Assembly: GCA_011176615.1 (NCBI GenBank)
Contig: DUEG01000001.1
Span: forward strand, 209-64,208
Length of the DNA stretch: 64,000 nucleotides
Direction: 5' to 3'
Source: Anaerolineae bacterium
GTDB taxonomy: Bacteria > Chloroflexota > Anaerolineae > Anaerolineales > UBA11858
Position 1 is the stretch's first letter. Every line of letters starts with the position of its first letter. The translations under genes were made by a program, and so were the position numbers. Positions 16,390-25,069 of this stretch are shown piece after piece. Under the pieces are notes generated by a model. The model saw only the letters and a program-made list of their open reading frames with translations, had not been told where the DNA came from and searched no databases.

Positions 16390-16416
16390 AATAGCAAAAA
16401 AGCACTTAGTTGTCAA
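16388..16416 (-). promoter_or_regulatory. sigma70-type promoter of the TetR operon
   Basis: On the minus strand: TTGACA (16411-16416), a 17-nt spacer, then TATTCT (16388-16393). Confidence 0.5.
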
Positions 16417-16464
16417 GGGAAATTGTTTATTTTAATGAAAATTCAATATATTCTTGCTCAAAGG

Positions 16465-17337
16465 TCAATTGTTCTTCAAGTCGAGAAGAGCAAATTCAAA
16501 TAATTTCATCGGATCCTGATGTTTATATACCCCGCTTGTACGCCAAAATAGATAACTTGATTGTTCCTCTTTCGTCGCTTGAGTATCATAAAACGCCATA
16601 GGATCAAAACTCGTATTTTGTGATCCTATACGTACTTCAAGGTGAAGATGGGGATTGGCAATATTGTATCCTGACTTACCAACAATACCCAATTGCTCTC
16701 CGCATTTCACAGTCTCGCCAACCTGAAACCTGGGAGGAGCCTGGAGATGGGCATAAAGATGGTACAGGGACTGCGTAGGTTCAATTCCAAACAACTCAGT
16801 AACCCCTGGAAATAATTGATCAAACTTCGTCTCAACGATGACCATATTCCCGTAGGGAAGACGATCCGTTTGAATATAAGCGATAACGCCATCTAGAATA
16901 AAGTCTACACCCTCCCCCCCAATTGAATCCCGGATACCATCACGGTAATACGCGAAATCCACACCTTGATGACGTTCATCTCTCCCTGGTGAAGGTGGAT
17001 CATAAGGCGCTGAAATTATGCCCATTAAGGCACCAATATCATGTTCAGCCAGTGGCGAACATATTTTCAAAAGGCTTTCAGTAGGTTGAGGTGTCACACT
17101 CTTCTTGCCTGACATTGTTGAAGAAGGAGAAATTTCTTGTGTTAATTTATACGTAAGCGGTATTCTATCCGTCACTTCTATGATTGCATTTGCTGTTTGC
17201 GTGTTGGGAATTCTCGATGGAAGAGGTGTCAATGGTTTTAATAGAGCATCACTATCACAACTGAATTGAGAGATAAAAGTTAAACCCAAAATAAAAAAGG
17301 AAAATACCCTTCTATCTAATATAGATTTAATGCCCAA
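16465..17337 (-). CDS. M23 family metallopeptidase (LytM-type peptidoglycan endopeptidase), secreted or lipoprotein
   Basis: HQGVDF and NPHLHLEV motifs. N-terminal signal peptide with SQFSC. TTG start at 17337 (uncertain). Confidence 0.8.
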   Translation of the reverse strand: MGIKSILDRRVFSFFILGLTFISQFSCDSDALLKPLTPLPSRIPNTQTANAIIEVTDRIPLTYKLTQEISPSSTMSGKKSVTPQPTESLLKICSPLAEHDIGALMGIISAPYDPPSPGRDERHQGVDFAYYRDGIRDSIGGEGVDFILDGVIAYIQTDRLPYGNMVIVETKFDQLFPGVTELFGIEPTQSLYHLYAHLQAPPRFQVGETVKCGEQLGIVGKSGYNIANPHLHLEVRIGSQNTSFDPMAFYDTQATKEEQSSYLFWRTSGVYKHQDPMKLFEFALLDLKNN

Positions 17338-17852
17338 GCGAATTTGTCCTCAACACTTCTAAAGTTTTGTTAATATTAACCTGGATGATCTAGCGTAACC
17401 AATCAACCCCAAATAGTCCCTTTGTTCTAGATGGATTATCAGCATAGTTTCTTCGAGAAAATTGCCCTAAAGCAGAAATTAATATCTTCACAAAAAAAGG
17501 TAATTATGGTTTCAATCTGAGCACAGTAAATCCCAAAGTTCGCCCAAAAATGTATTCCTTCAAATAAAGGCGCCAGTATCTATAAGTATAACGCCTTCCT
17601 ATCAGGAAATAAAACGACTGTTTTTGTTAATCTAACAATTTCAGTATAATCTTCATAAAGCACTTCCAAGACACCTAATTACCAAAGATTATTGCCTCTA
17701 CCAGCGTCTAATAATCTCACTACTCTCAATCATCTCTATCGTCCTCTTTCCACCTTTGTTCTTGCCAATGCCAATTCGAACATTCCCGCGTATATATTTG
17801 GCGTCACGGTTGCTTAAACTTATAGGCGTTTTACCCATTAGAACGCGCGACC

Positions 17853-17881
17853 TTGCCAGAGGAAAAGGAACGCGCTATAAT
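17853..17881 (+). promoter_or_regulatory. sigma70-type promoter of tRNA-Pro
   Basis: TTGCCA at 17853-17858, a 17-nt spacer, then TATAAT at 17876-17881, 14 nt before the tRNA 5' end. GAACGCGC boxes sit at 17841-17848 and 17868-17875. Confidence 0.6.
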
Positions 17882-17894
17882 CCTTTTCGTTCTT

Positions 17895-17969
17895 CGGGGC
17901 GTGGCGCAGTCCGGCTAGCGCGCTACAATGGGGTTGTAGAGGTCCCGGGTTCGAATCCCGGCGCCCCGA
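17895..17969 (+). tRNA. tRNA-Pro (anticodon GGG)
   Basis: Cloverleaf folded by hand. Acceptor CGGGGCG/CGCCCCG with C1:G72 and A73 (bacterial tRNA-Pro identity). D stem GCGC/GCGC. Anticodon stem CTACA/TGTAG with loop AT-GGG-GT. Variable loop AGGTC. T arm CCGGG-TTCGAAT-CCCGG. No encoded CCA. Confidence 0.9.
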
Positions 17970-17976
17970 CTTTTTG

Positions 17977-18010
17977 ACTACTGTAGGGAAAACAACCTGC
18001 AGTAGTTTTT
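17977..18010 (+). terminator. intrinsic terminator after tRNA-Pro
   Basis: An 11-bp stem, ACTACTGTAGG with CCTGCAGTAGT (one G-U pair), an 8-nt loop, then TTTT. Confidence 0.75.
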
Positions 18011-18114
18011 GAATCAAATGGTATTATTATCAGAACTGACTCTAAATCAACTTATTAACTTATCGTAAATGTTCCTGACTTGAACTATCCAATTAGATTG
18101 AGTACAATCGCTTT

Positions 18115-19194
18115 ATGGCAAACATTCTTCCGAATGGCAAACAAAGCATATCTCGCAGAGATTTTATCAAATTAAGTCTACTTGGATTAAGCGGATTGGG
18201 GTTTATTAAGTTTCCACTTCCTCAAGATGCCTATGAGGTTCCAACAAATGTCATTGGAAGAGTAACTGTTGACCGAGTTGCACCAATCTTCGAGGAATCA
18301 CGATTCAATAGCAGTATTATCCGTTATACCCAAAAAGACGAACTATTAAATATTTACTATGAATTAACCCCCATTGAGGGACCAGTATATAATCCTCATT
18401 GGTATCGAGTTTGGGGCGGATATATCCATAGTGCATATGTCCAGCGCACTTATATCCGCTTTAATGATCCTCTTGACAAAATACCTCAAAACAACCAATT
18501 AGCAGAAGTCACCGTCCCTTTCACCCAGGCTTTTCGATATTCAAACCAAGATGGATGGACAAAAGCATATCGCTTATACTATCTCACGACTCATTGGATT
18601 ACAAATATCGCTGAAGGTCCTGATGGACAAGCATGGTATGAGTTAACTTCAGAAGTGGATAAATATTTAAAATATTATGTCCCCGCTCACCATTTGAGAC
18701 CAATACCTGATGAAGAAATCTCGCCCATCTCTCCCGAGTTACCCTATGCAGCAAAACATATTGAAGTCTCCTTGAGCAAACAGTACCTAACTGCCTACGA
18801 AGAAGACAATATTGTGTATGGCACAAAGATATCATCAGGTTTACCAGGGAGAGAAGTCCCTGATGGAACACAAACCCCAAAAGGTCGCTTTCATATCACA
18901 TCAAAGATGCCATCAAAACATATGGGGACTATAGAGGCAAGTGGAGCACCGGAAGGATATACATTACCAGGCGTTCCTTGGACGAGTTTTTTTATTTTCG
19001 AATCCGGAGTTGCATTTCACGGAACCTTCTGGCATGATAACTTTGGAATGCCGATGAGCCATGGTTGTATCAATATGCGTACTGAAGACGCAAAATGGCT
19101 ATTTCGGTGGGTCTCACCAATATATAAAACTCCAATAAAAAGTTCGGAAGACTGGGACGTGCGAGGGTACGGAACACAGGTTATAATCCACTGA
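18115..19194 (+). CDS. L,D-transpeptidase (YkuD) family protein with a twin-arginine signal
   Basis: N-terminal SRRDFIKLSLLGLSG (Tat motif). C-terminal YkuD catalytic context HGTFWHDNFGMPMSHGCINM. Confidence 0.85.
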   Translation: MANILPNGKQSISRRDFIKLSLLGLSGLGFIKFPLPQDAYEVPTNVIGRVTVDRVAPIFEESRFNSSIIRYTQKDELLNIYYELTPIEGPVYNPHWYRVWGGYIHSAYVQRTYIRFNDPLDKIPQNNQLAEVTVPFTQAFRYSNQDGWTKAYRLYYLTTHWITNIAEGPDGQAWYELTSEVDKYLKYYVPAHHLRPIPDEEISPISPELPYAAKHIEVSLSKQYLTAYEEDNIVYGTKISSGLPGREVPDGTQTPKGRFHITSKMPSKHMGTIEASGAPEGYTLPGVPWTSFFIFESGVAFHGTFWHDNFGMPMSHGCINMRTEDAKWLFRWVSPIYKTPIKSSEDWDVRGYGTQVIIH

Positions 19195-19292
19195 CGGTCT
19201 TATAAGTAAATATGTAAAAAAATAATGCAGTAATCTTCTAGCATTACTCAAATTTATGAATTATATGAATCCATTTAATTAGATTTATTTGT

Positions 19293-20351
19293 ATGTCAAT
19301 AAATATTTCACGCCGAGATTTCATCAAATTGTCTGGGTTAGGTTTTGGTTCATTTGCCGCTCGTTCTCTAAAAGATTGGCTTCCCCCTAATGAAGGCTGG
19401 GAATCTGAGCCAATCGGTGTGGGTCGAATAACAGTTCACGATGTCGATGTTTTCGCCGTACCAGATATCGATAGCAAACCGATCGATATAAAATATCGAG
19501 ATCATCTTGTCCCAATTTTCGAAGAAATCTTACCGCCAAACGCAATCCCCTCCACACCTAGGTGGTACCGCATTGATCGTGGTTATATGTTCAGTGCATA
19601 TATTCAAAGAGTTGATAGTCGTCATATAAATGAACCGGTTTCGTGGGTACCTGAAAGAGGCTGGCTAGCTGAAGTCACGGTTCCATATACAAGAACCTAC
19701 CGCTATACAGCAACATATGGATGGGTACCTTTATATCGCCTGTACTACGAATCCGTTCACTGGGTTACGGGAGTTGAAGAAGGGCCGGATAAACACCCAT
19801 GGTACAAGATCACCGATGAATTATTACATATTGATTACCACGTACCTGCTTCACATCTGCGAATTATCAATCCAAAAGAACTAACACCAATATCGCCTTC
19901 TGTACCCCCAGAAAAAAAACGCATTGAAGTTTCATTAAGAGATCAAACGTTAACAGCATATGAGGATGACAAAGTTGTCTTATTCACTTTGGTTTCCACA
20001 GGCATTCCATCTCTTAGAACAACAAGTAACGGGGTTCCTACGTCAACACCCACTGGTCGATTTACAATCGACCTTAAAATGCCATCAAAACATATGGGGG
20101 ATGGAAAACTTACTGACAAAATTTTTGCGTATGAACTGCCAGGCGTGCCCTGGGTTTGTTTTTTTCACGAAACTGGCGTTGCCTTTCACGGTACTTATTG
20201 GCATCATAATTTTGGAAGAAAAATGAGCCATGGCTGTGTCAACATGCATACTGAAGAGGCAAAATGGTTATATCGTTGGACTATGCCCGAAGCAGGACCC
20301 TATGATTGGGAACGTAAAGGTCATGGTACAAGAGTTAAAGTATATGTTTAA
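19293..20351 (+). CDS. L,D-transpeptidase (YkuD) family protein with a twin-arginine signal (tandem paralog)
   Basis: N-terminal SRRDFIKLSGLGFG. C-terminal HGTYWHHNFGRKMSHGCVNM. Collinear with 18115-19194 over its full length. Confidence 0.85.
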   Translation: MSINISRRDFIKLSGLGFGSFAARSLKDWLPPNEGWESEPIGVGRITVHDVDVFAVPDIDSKPIDIKYRDHLVPIFEEILPPNAIPSTPRWYRIDRGYMFSAYIQRVDSRHINEPVSWVPERGWLAEVTVPYTRTYRYTATYGWVPLYRLYYESVHWVTGVEEGPDKHPWYKITDELLHIDYHVPASHLRIINPKELTPISPSVPPEKKRIEVSLRDQTLTAYEDDKVVLFTLVSTGIPSLRTTSNGVPTSTPTGRFTIDLKMPSKHMGDGKLTDKIFAYELPGVPWVCFFHETGVAFHGTYWHHNFGRKMSHGCVNMHTEEAKWLYRWTMPEAGPYDWERKGHGTRVKVYV

Positions 20352-20443
20352 AACTCACACTCTAAATTAGAGAAAATGATCTCTTGTCAAATACCAAATC
20401 ATATTTCACTAAGAAAAATGCTATAGAATATCATGAAAATAAT

Positions 20444-21319
20444 TCAATTGTCGTTACGAAGAATCTTTTCCATTATGTGAAACTTTGCCCTCTCTTCTTC
20501 TCCAACATCTGGATAACGAAGATTTAATTCCCTTAGCGTCTTTACAATAATTTCAGCAACACAAGCGCGCATGTATGGTTTATCATCTGCTGGGATTGCA
20601 TACCATGGTGCCCATGAGCGGGAAGTTGCATTCAATGCTTCCTCATAAGCATCCATGTATTCATCCCAGTGCTCTCGTTCCCGAACATCGGTCTCCGAAA
20701 ACTTCCAATTCTTCTCAGGTTCTTCAATACGATCCAGAAATCTCTTGCGTTGCTCTTCCCTAGTTACATTCAACCAGAATTTAATGATCACCGTACCATT
20801 TCTGGCTAAATGTTTTTCTTGATCCCTTATCGATTCATATCGCTCTGTCCATAAATCATCCCCAGGGATTGAACTAGGCAAACGTTGTGGTCTCAGATAA
20901 TTGGGATGCACTCGAACGACCAAAACCTCTTCATAATAACTACGATTAAAAATCCCTATTCTTCCACGTTCTGGCAATCGTTTAGTTGTACGCCATAAAT
21001 AATCATGATCAAGTTCCTCAGGCGTTGGCACCTTAAACGACGACACTTGAAATCCTGCTGGGTTAACCCCTGTAGTTACCGCTCGAATTGTTCCATCTTT
21101 TCCTGCAGCATCCATTGCTTGGAAAATCAAAAGCACCGCATATTTATCGAAAGCATATAATTTTCTTTGCAATTCGTTAAATTCATCAACATATTTTTCT
21201 AGACGTTCCTTATTATCTTTCTTGTCTCGTTTCGCTTTTGGGGGTTTTGTATCCGCGCGAGATACTTTAAATGACCCGTTAAAAGGAACCAGATAGGGGC
21301 TTTTGATTGCTTTATTCAT
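20444..21319 (-). CDS. ppk2: polyphosphate kinase 2 family protein (polyP:nucleotide phosphotransferase)
   Basis: FQAMDAAGKDGTI (Walker A-like) and IFNRSYYEEV motifs. The ATG at 21319 has GGAGA upstream. The tracked TTG at 21325 is less likely. Confidence 0.85.
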   Translation of the reverse strand: MNKAIKSPYLVPFNGSFKVSRADTKPPKAKRDKKDNKERLEKYVDEFNELQRKLYAFDKYAVLLIFQAMDAAGKDGTIRAVTTGVNPAGFQVSSFKVPTPEELDHDYLWRTTKRLPERGRIGIFNRSYYEEVLVVRVHPNYLRPQRLPSSIPGDDLWTERYESIRDQEKHLARNGTVIIKFWLNVTREEQRKRFLDRIEEPEKNWKFSETDVREREHWDEYMDAYEEALNATSRSWAPWYAIPADDKPYMRACVAEIIVKTLRELNLRYPDVGEEERAKFHIMEKILRNDN

Positions 21320-21444
21320 TTCCAATTCTCCATCTTCTAAAATTTTCCATAGAAATTAATCCAATTGTCCAATTCATGATTCTAAGTGTAATTTCCCCTG
21401 AGATTCACTTATTGTGTAAAACAGAATCATTGAGGGTTTACAAA

Positions 21445-21915
21445 TTATTCTTTTAATGAATTAATTACTTCGAGTACTTCTTTACTATGTTGTCCGGGTT
21501 TCACGTTCTCAAAAACCTTGACGATCTTCCCGTCAGGATTTATTAAAAATGTTGTGCGGAAAACACCATCATATTCCCTCCCCATGAACTTTTTTCTACC
21601 CCAGACTCCATAGAGATCACATACTTTATGGTTTGGGTCTGCCAGCAAAGTAAATGGTAAGAGAAATTTATCTATGAAATTCTTGTGGGATTTCGTAGAA
21701 TCAGGGCTTACACCTAATATTACAACACCGGCTTCCCGGTACGCTGAATAATCATCCCGGAAATTGCATGCCTCAGTTGTGCAACCTTTTGTATTATCTT
21801 TAGGATAAAAATACAGGAGCACATATTTTCCTTGATAATCAGATAACTTATGAACTTTTTCATTTTCGTCTGATAACGTAAAATCAGTGTCTTGTTTACC
21901 TTCCTGAAGAATCAA
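21445..21915 (-). CDS. bcp: thiol peroxidase Bcp / peroxiredoxin Q
   Basis: YFYPKDNTKGCTTEAC peroxidatic-Cys context. 156 aa. TTG start. Confidence 0.85.
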   Translation of the reverse strand: MILQEGKQDTDFTLSDENEKVHKLSDYQGKYVLLYFYPKDNTKGCTTEACNFRDDYSAYREAGVVILGVSPDSTKSHKNFIDKFLLPFTLLADPNHKVCDLYGVWGRKKFMGREYDGVFRTTFLINPDGKIVKVFENVKPGQHSKEVLEVINSLKE

Positions 21916-22016
21916 GGTACACTTCTTTCATATTTTTCTGTTGGCTTTTACGAGCCTTTCTGTCAAAAATAAAAAATTAACTAGATTATTTTCCCTTTTT
22001 TGATATTTTCGACCTC

Positions 22017-23981
22017 TTAATCTATCTCAGCGATAATTGTCCCCATCTTTTCCACTTTATAACCAGGAAGAGACAGGACAGTTTGCTTGAACATTTCATT
22101 ATGCAATAATTCAAACACCGGTTTCATTAAAACGCTGTTGGCATACACTTGAGGAATTATCAAGTCATATCGCTCATTGAACAAAGGGATGAAATCCAAA
22201 TCCAACGCAAAAGCAGCAGCCGCGATACCCAAACCGCAGTCCGCTCTCCCTGAAGAAATAGCCGCTGCCACAGCAAGATGGGTATATTCTTCTTGTGAAT
22301 ATCCTAAAATTTGATTCGGATCGATATCCAATAAAGAAAGTTGATAATCCAACAAAATGCGAGTACCAGCACCTCTTTGCCGATTAATATACTGGACATC
22401 AGATTTGGCAATATCCTCAATTTTCTTTATGCCCTTAGGGTTTCCTTTATTGACGATCAACCCTTGTTGACGTTCCACCAGTTCCACTACCATAACAGGA
22501 ATCCCAGGTAAATACTTCTTGATATATGCAAGGTTATATTGCCCCGTCTCTGGATCCAATAAATGAGCCCCCGCCATATGGGCTTCATTCCTGTGCAAAG
22601 CGATCAAACCTCCCAAACTGCCTACGTTTGCAGAAGCGAGCCTTCTATCATGCAAAGCCAGGTACTGCGCCATAATATCTAAAGTCATATCATGCGATCC
22701 AATGGCGAAAATTGTTTTATCGATTTCTCTCTGAGATCGATACAATCGCACAGATATCTCTTCCCCAGCGGGTATCCCTTGCGAACCACTTGGCACAATT
22801 GTGATACCATCTGCTCGTACAAGGGATGTGATAACCCCCGCGCCTCGATGAAGAGGTGTTGCAAGCACTCGATCGCCAACTCTACCAACAGCCACGCGTA
22901 TATAATCATCATCGCCAGGTGGGGATGTAAGTTTGCGAGTCAGTTTTGCTTTAATTTCAATCGGTTCATGCGGTACTCTTCCCAACCAGCGATCCAAAAG
23001 AGGTTCTACAAATATCTCGCCAGTCAAAGCCGCAGATACCGGATAACCAGGTACACCAATAATGGGTACGACCTTATCCTTATTTTTATAAATTACCCCC
23101 AATATCACGGGGTGTCCCGGTCTTACCGCTACGCCATGAACCAACAATTTTCCTAATTCAGCAACCACATTGGCTGAATAATCCTCAGACCCTGCAGAAG
23201 AACCCGCGTTTAATAAAATCAAATCGTGCCCTTTAGATGCTTCTTCAACGCGTTCTTTTATCTTTTCAAAATCATCAGCGGTGATTGGATAACGCTTTGC
23301 TTTTCCTCCCCACTTGAGTACCTGTGTTGCCAAAACCAAAGAATTATATTCAATGATATCCCCTGTTTTAACTGTCTGCCCAATTTCGACGAGTTCAGTG
23401 CCCGTGGGAAGAATCGCAACTCGTGGCTTTTTCGCCACAACAATCTCATCATGACCACATCCAGCAATAGCCCCAAGGTCCACCGGTCGTAACACATGAC
23501 CCGCGGGGAGGACCAATTGTGTCGCCACCATATCCTCCCCCATGGGTCTTACATTTTTCCATGGCACAAAGGAAGCTCTTATTCTTATCTTTGCGGGGTT
23601 TCGCGGATTCTTCTCAAGTTGATTATGGTCATCTAAAGGTTCTATATTTTCAATTGGGACAACGCAATTTGCCCATGATGGTAACGGATCTCCTGTATCC
23701 AGATATTTCGCTTGAGTTCCCACCTCTATAATCTTCGGAGATGTCGGGGATGCGCCATCGGTTTCCTCTGCACGAAGAGCAAACCCATCCATCGCCGAAG
23801 CATGGTAATGCGGAGAAGAGATTTTAGCCCACACAGGCTCTGCCAATACGCGCCCAAGGGCATTTTCGTCCAACGGAATTGTTTCCTTACCAAGGATTGT
23901 ATGCAGATTATATTTATTTAATTCATTAAAAAACCTATTTAACGCTTCCTTCAAGGGAATATCTTTTAGATATACTGACAT
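22017..23981 (-). CDS. moeA: MoeA (molybdopterin molybdenumtransferase) fused to a C-terminal periplasmic-binding-protein-like domain
   Basis: The N-terminal ~410 aa is MoeA-like (SAMDGFAL, LLNAGSSAGSEDY, GVPGYPVSA). The C-terminal ~240 aa resembles substrate-binding/PBP-like domains (IGSHDMTLD.., ..GAGTRILLD..). ATG 23981 with AAGGA upstream. Confidence 0.75.
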   Translation of the reverse strand: MSVYLKDIPLKEALNRFFNELNKYNLHTILGKETIPLDENALGRVLAEPVWAKISSPHYHASAMDGFALRAEETDGASPTSPKIIEVGTQAKYLDTGDPLPSWANCVVPIENIEPLDDHNQLEKNPRNPAKIRIRASFVPWKNVRPMGEDMVATQLVLPAGHVLRPVDLGAIAGCGHDEIVVAKKPRVAILPTGTELVEIGQTVKTGDIIEYNSLVLATQVLKWGGKAKRYPITADDFEKIKERVEEASKGHDLILLNAGSSAGSEDYSANVVAELGKLLVHGVAVRPGHPVILGVIYKNKDKVVPIIGVPGYPVSAALTGEIFVEPLLDRWLGRVPHEPIEIKAKLTRKLTSPPGDDDYIRVAVGRVGDRVLATPLHRGAGVITSLVRADGITIVPSGSQGIPAGEEISVRLYRSQREIDKTIFAIGSHDMTLDIMAQYLALHDRRLASANVGSLGGLIALHRNEAHMAGAHLLDPETGQYNLAYIKKYLPGIPVMVVELVERQQGLIVNKGNPKGIKKIEDIAKSDVQYINRQRGAGTRILLDYQLSLLDIDPNQILGYSQEEYTHLAVAAAISSGRADCGLGIAAAAFALDLDFIPLFNERYDLIIPQVYANSVLMKPVFELLHNEMFKQTVLSLPGYKVEKMGTIIAEID

Positions 23982-24096
23982 CGTCAATTCCTTAAGTTAT
24001 CAATATCGAGATCTTTTGTTGCTTTGTTTAGTATTTATTACCATAGATTCAGGTATTTTCCGAATAATCATTGATGAAAAACCAATAAAACAGTGA

Positions 24097-25065
24097 TTAA
24101 TTTTCCCATGGCAAATAAGAAGAGAACATTTTTAAATTGTCCGTCCCATGAATCTCTATCCGACTCAAGTAATACATTGTTCCATAGGTGTGTTTAATGC
24201 TCGTTCCAAGACCAACTGCCCCTCTATATCCATAATTCTGCGTTTTTGTTGCAATGAATGGATCAATCGTCCCATAAGGGTAAGCAAACGTCTGAATCTT
24301 AATTCCTAGTTTTTCCTCTAAAAATAATCTAGAATCCAATAATTCGTGTTTCGCCTGCTTATGCGATGAGGTAAGGTCAGGATGTGAAAAACTATGACTA
24401 CCAATTTCCCAGCCATGATTACTTAGATACTTTAATTCTTTAACGCCCACGAATCCATCAGATTCCAATCTATTAGCCACTATATAAAAAACACCAACAA
24501 AACCATATTTTTCCATGATTGGATAAGCATCTTCGTAAACACTCATATGCCCATCGTCAAAGGTTATCACAATGGGTTTCGGAGGCAATTCTCCCCCATA
24601 AATTAGCACATCCAATAATTGCGAGACTGTGATTGTCTTATACCCTCGCTCATACAACATCTCCATTTGCTTTTGAAACGCGCGAGGGGTTACATAATAA
24701 CGATTCCCATCCTCTTCATCAGAGACATGGTGATAAAGAAGAATAGGAACCTCTATTTCTCCTGCAGGATGATAGACCCAAGTTGCTGTCGGTGTCGGTG
24801 TCCCGGTAATGGTTGGGCTTGGCGTTATGCTAGGAACCTGAGTATGTGTGTTTGCAGGAGTAGTCGTAAAAATAGGTTTTAAGGTACTACTTGATGAAGG
24901 CGTTGGACTTACAATAGTTGTGCTCGTTTGAGAAGGCTTATTGCTAGATTTCCGAGCCTGGTTTTCGCTCATTTGGCATGATGAAAACACTAAAGAAACA
25001 AAAACCGTAAACAAGGCAAGGTTTATCATAGAATTGCAGCATTGAATCTTCATCTTCATCTTCAT
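24097..25065 (-). CDS. polysaccharide deacetylase (NodB/CE4) lipoprotein with a Ser/Thr/Pro-rich linker
   Basis: TFDDGH motif 1 and GSHSFSH. Signal peptide with VFSSC. The exact start among the MKMKMK codons is uncertain. Confidence 0.8.
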   Translation of the reverse strand: MKMKMKIQCCNSMINLALFTVFVSLVFSSCQMSENQARKSSNKPSQTSTTIVSPTPSSSSTLKPIFTTTPANTHTQVPSITPSPTITGTPTPTATWVYHPAGEIEVPILLYHHVSDEEDGNRYYVTPRAFQKQMEMLYERGYKTITVSQLLDVLIYGGELPPKPIVITFDDGHMSVYEDAYPIMEKYGFVGVFYIVANRLESDGFVGVKELKYLSNHGWEIGSHSFSHPDLTSSHKQAKHELLDSRLFLEEKLGIKIQTFAYPYGTIDPFIATKTQNYGYRGAVGLGTSIKHTYGTMYYLSRIEIHGTDNLKMFSSYLPWEN

Positions 25066-25069
25066 TTAT

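Noticed and set aside
17756-17977. Tracked 73-aa ORF.
   Set aside because: It overlaps the tRNA-Pro gene and its promoter in the same orientation, so it is a spurious reading frame.
17895-20400. tRNA-Pro as the attachment site of a genomic island.
   Set aside because: No integrase, excisionase or phage/plasmid genes follow the tRNA. I saw no direct repeat of the tRNA 3' half downstream. The adjacent L,D-transpeptidase genes have the same compositional look as the rest of the window.
23982-24096. Moco riboswitch upstream of the moeA genes. I also checked 26312-26342.
   Set aside because: The intergenic regions are only about 115 and 31 nt. They are AT-rich and show none of the conserved multi-stem Moco RNA architecture.
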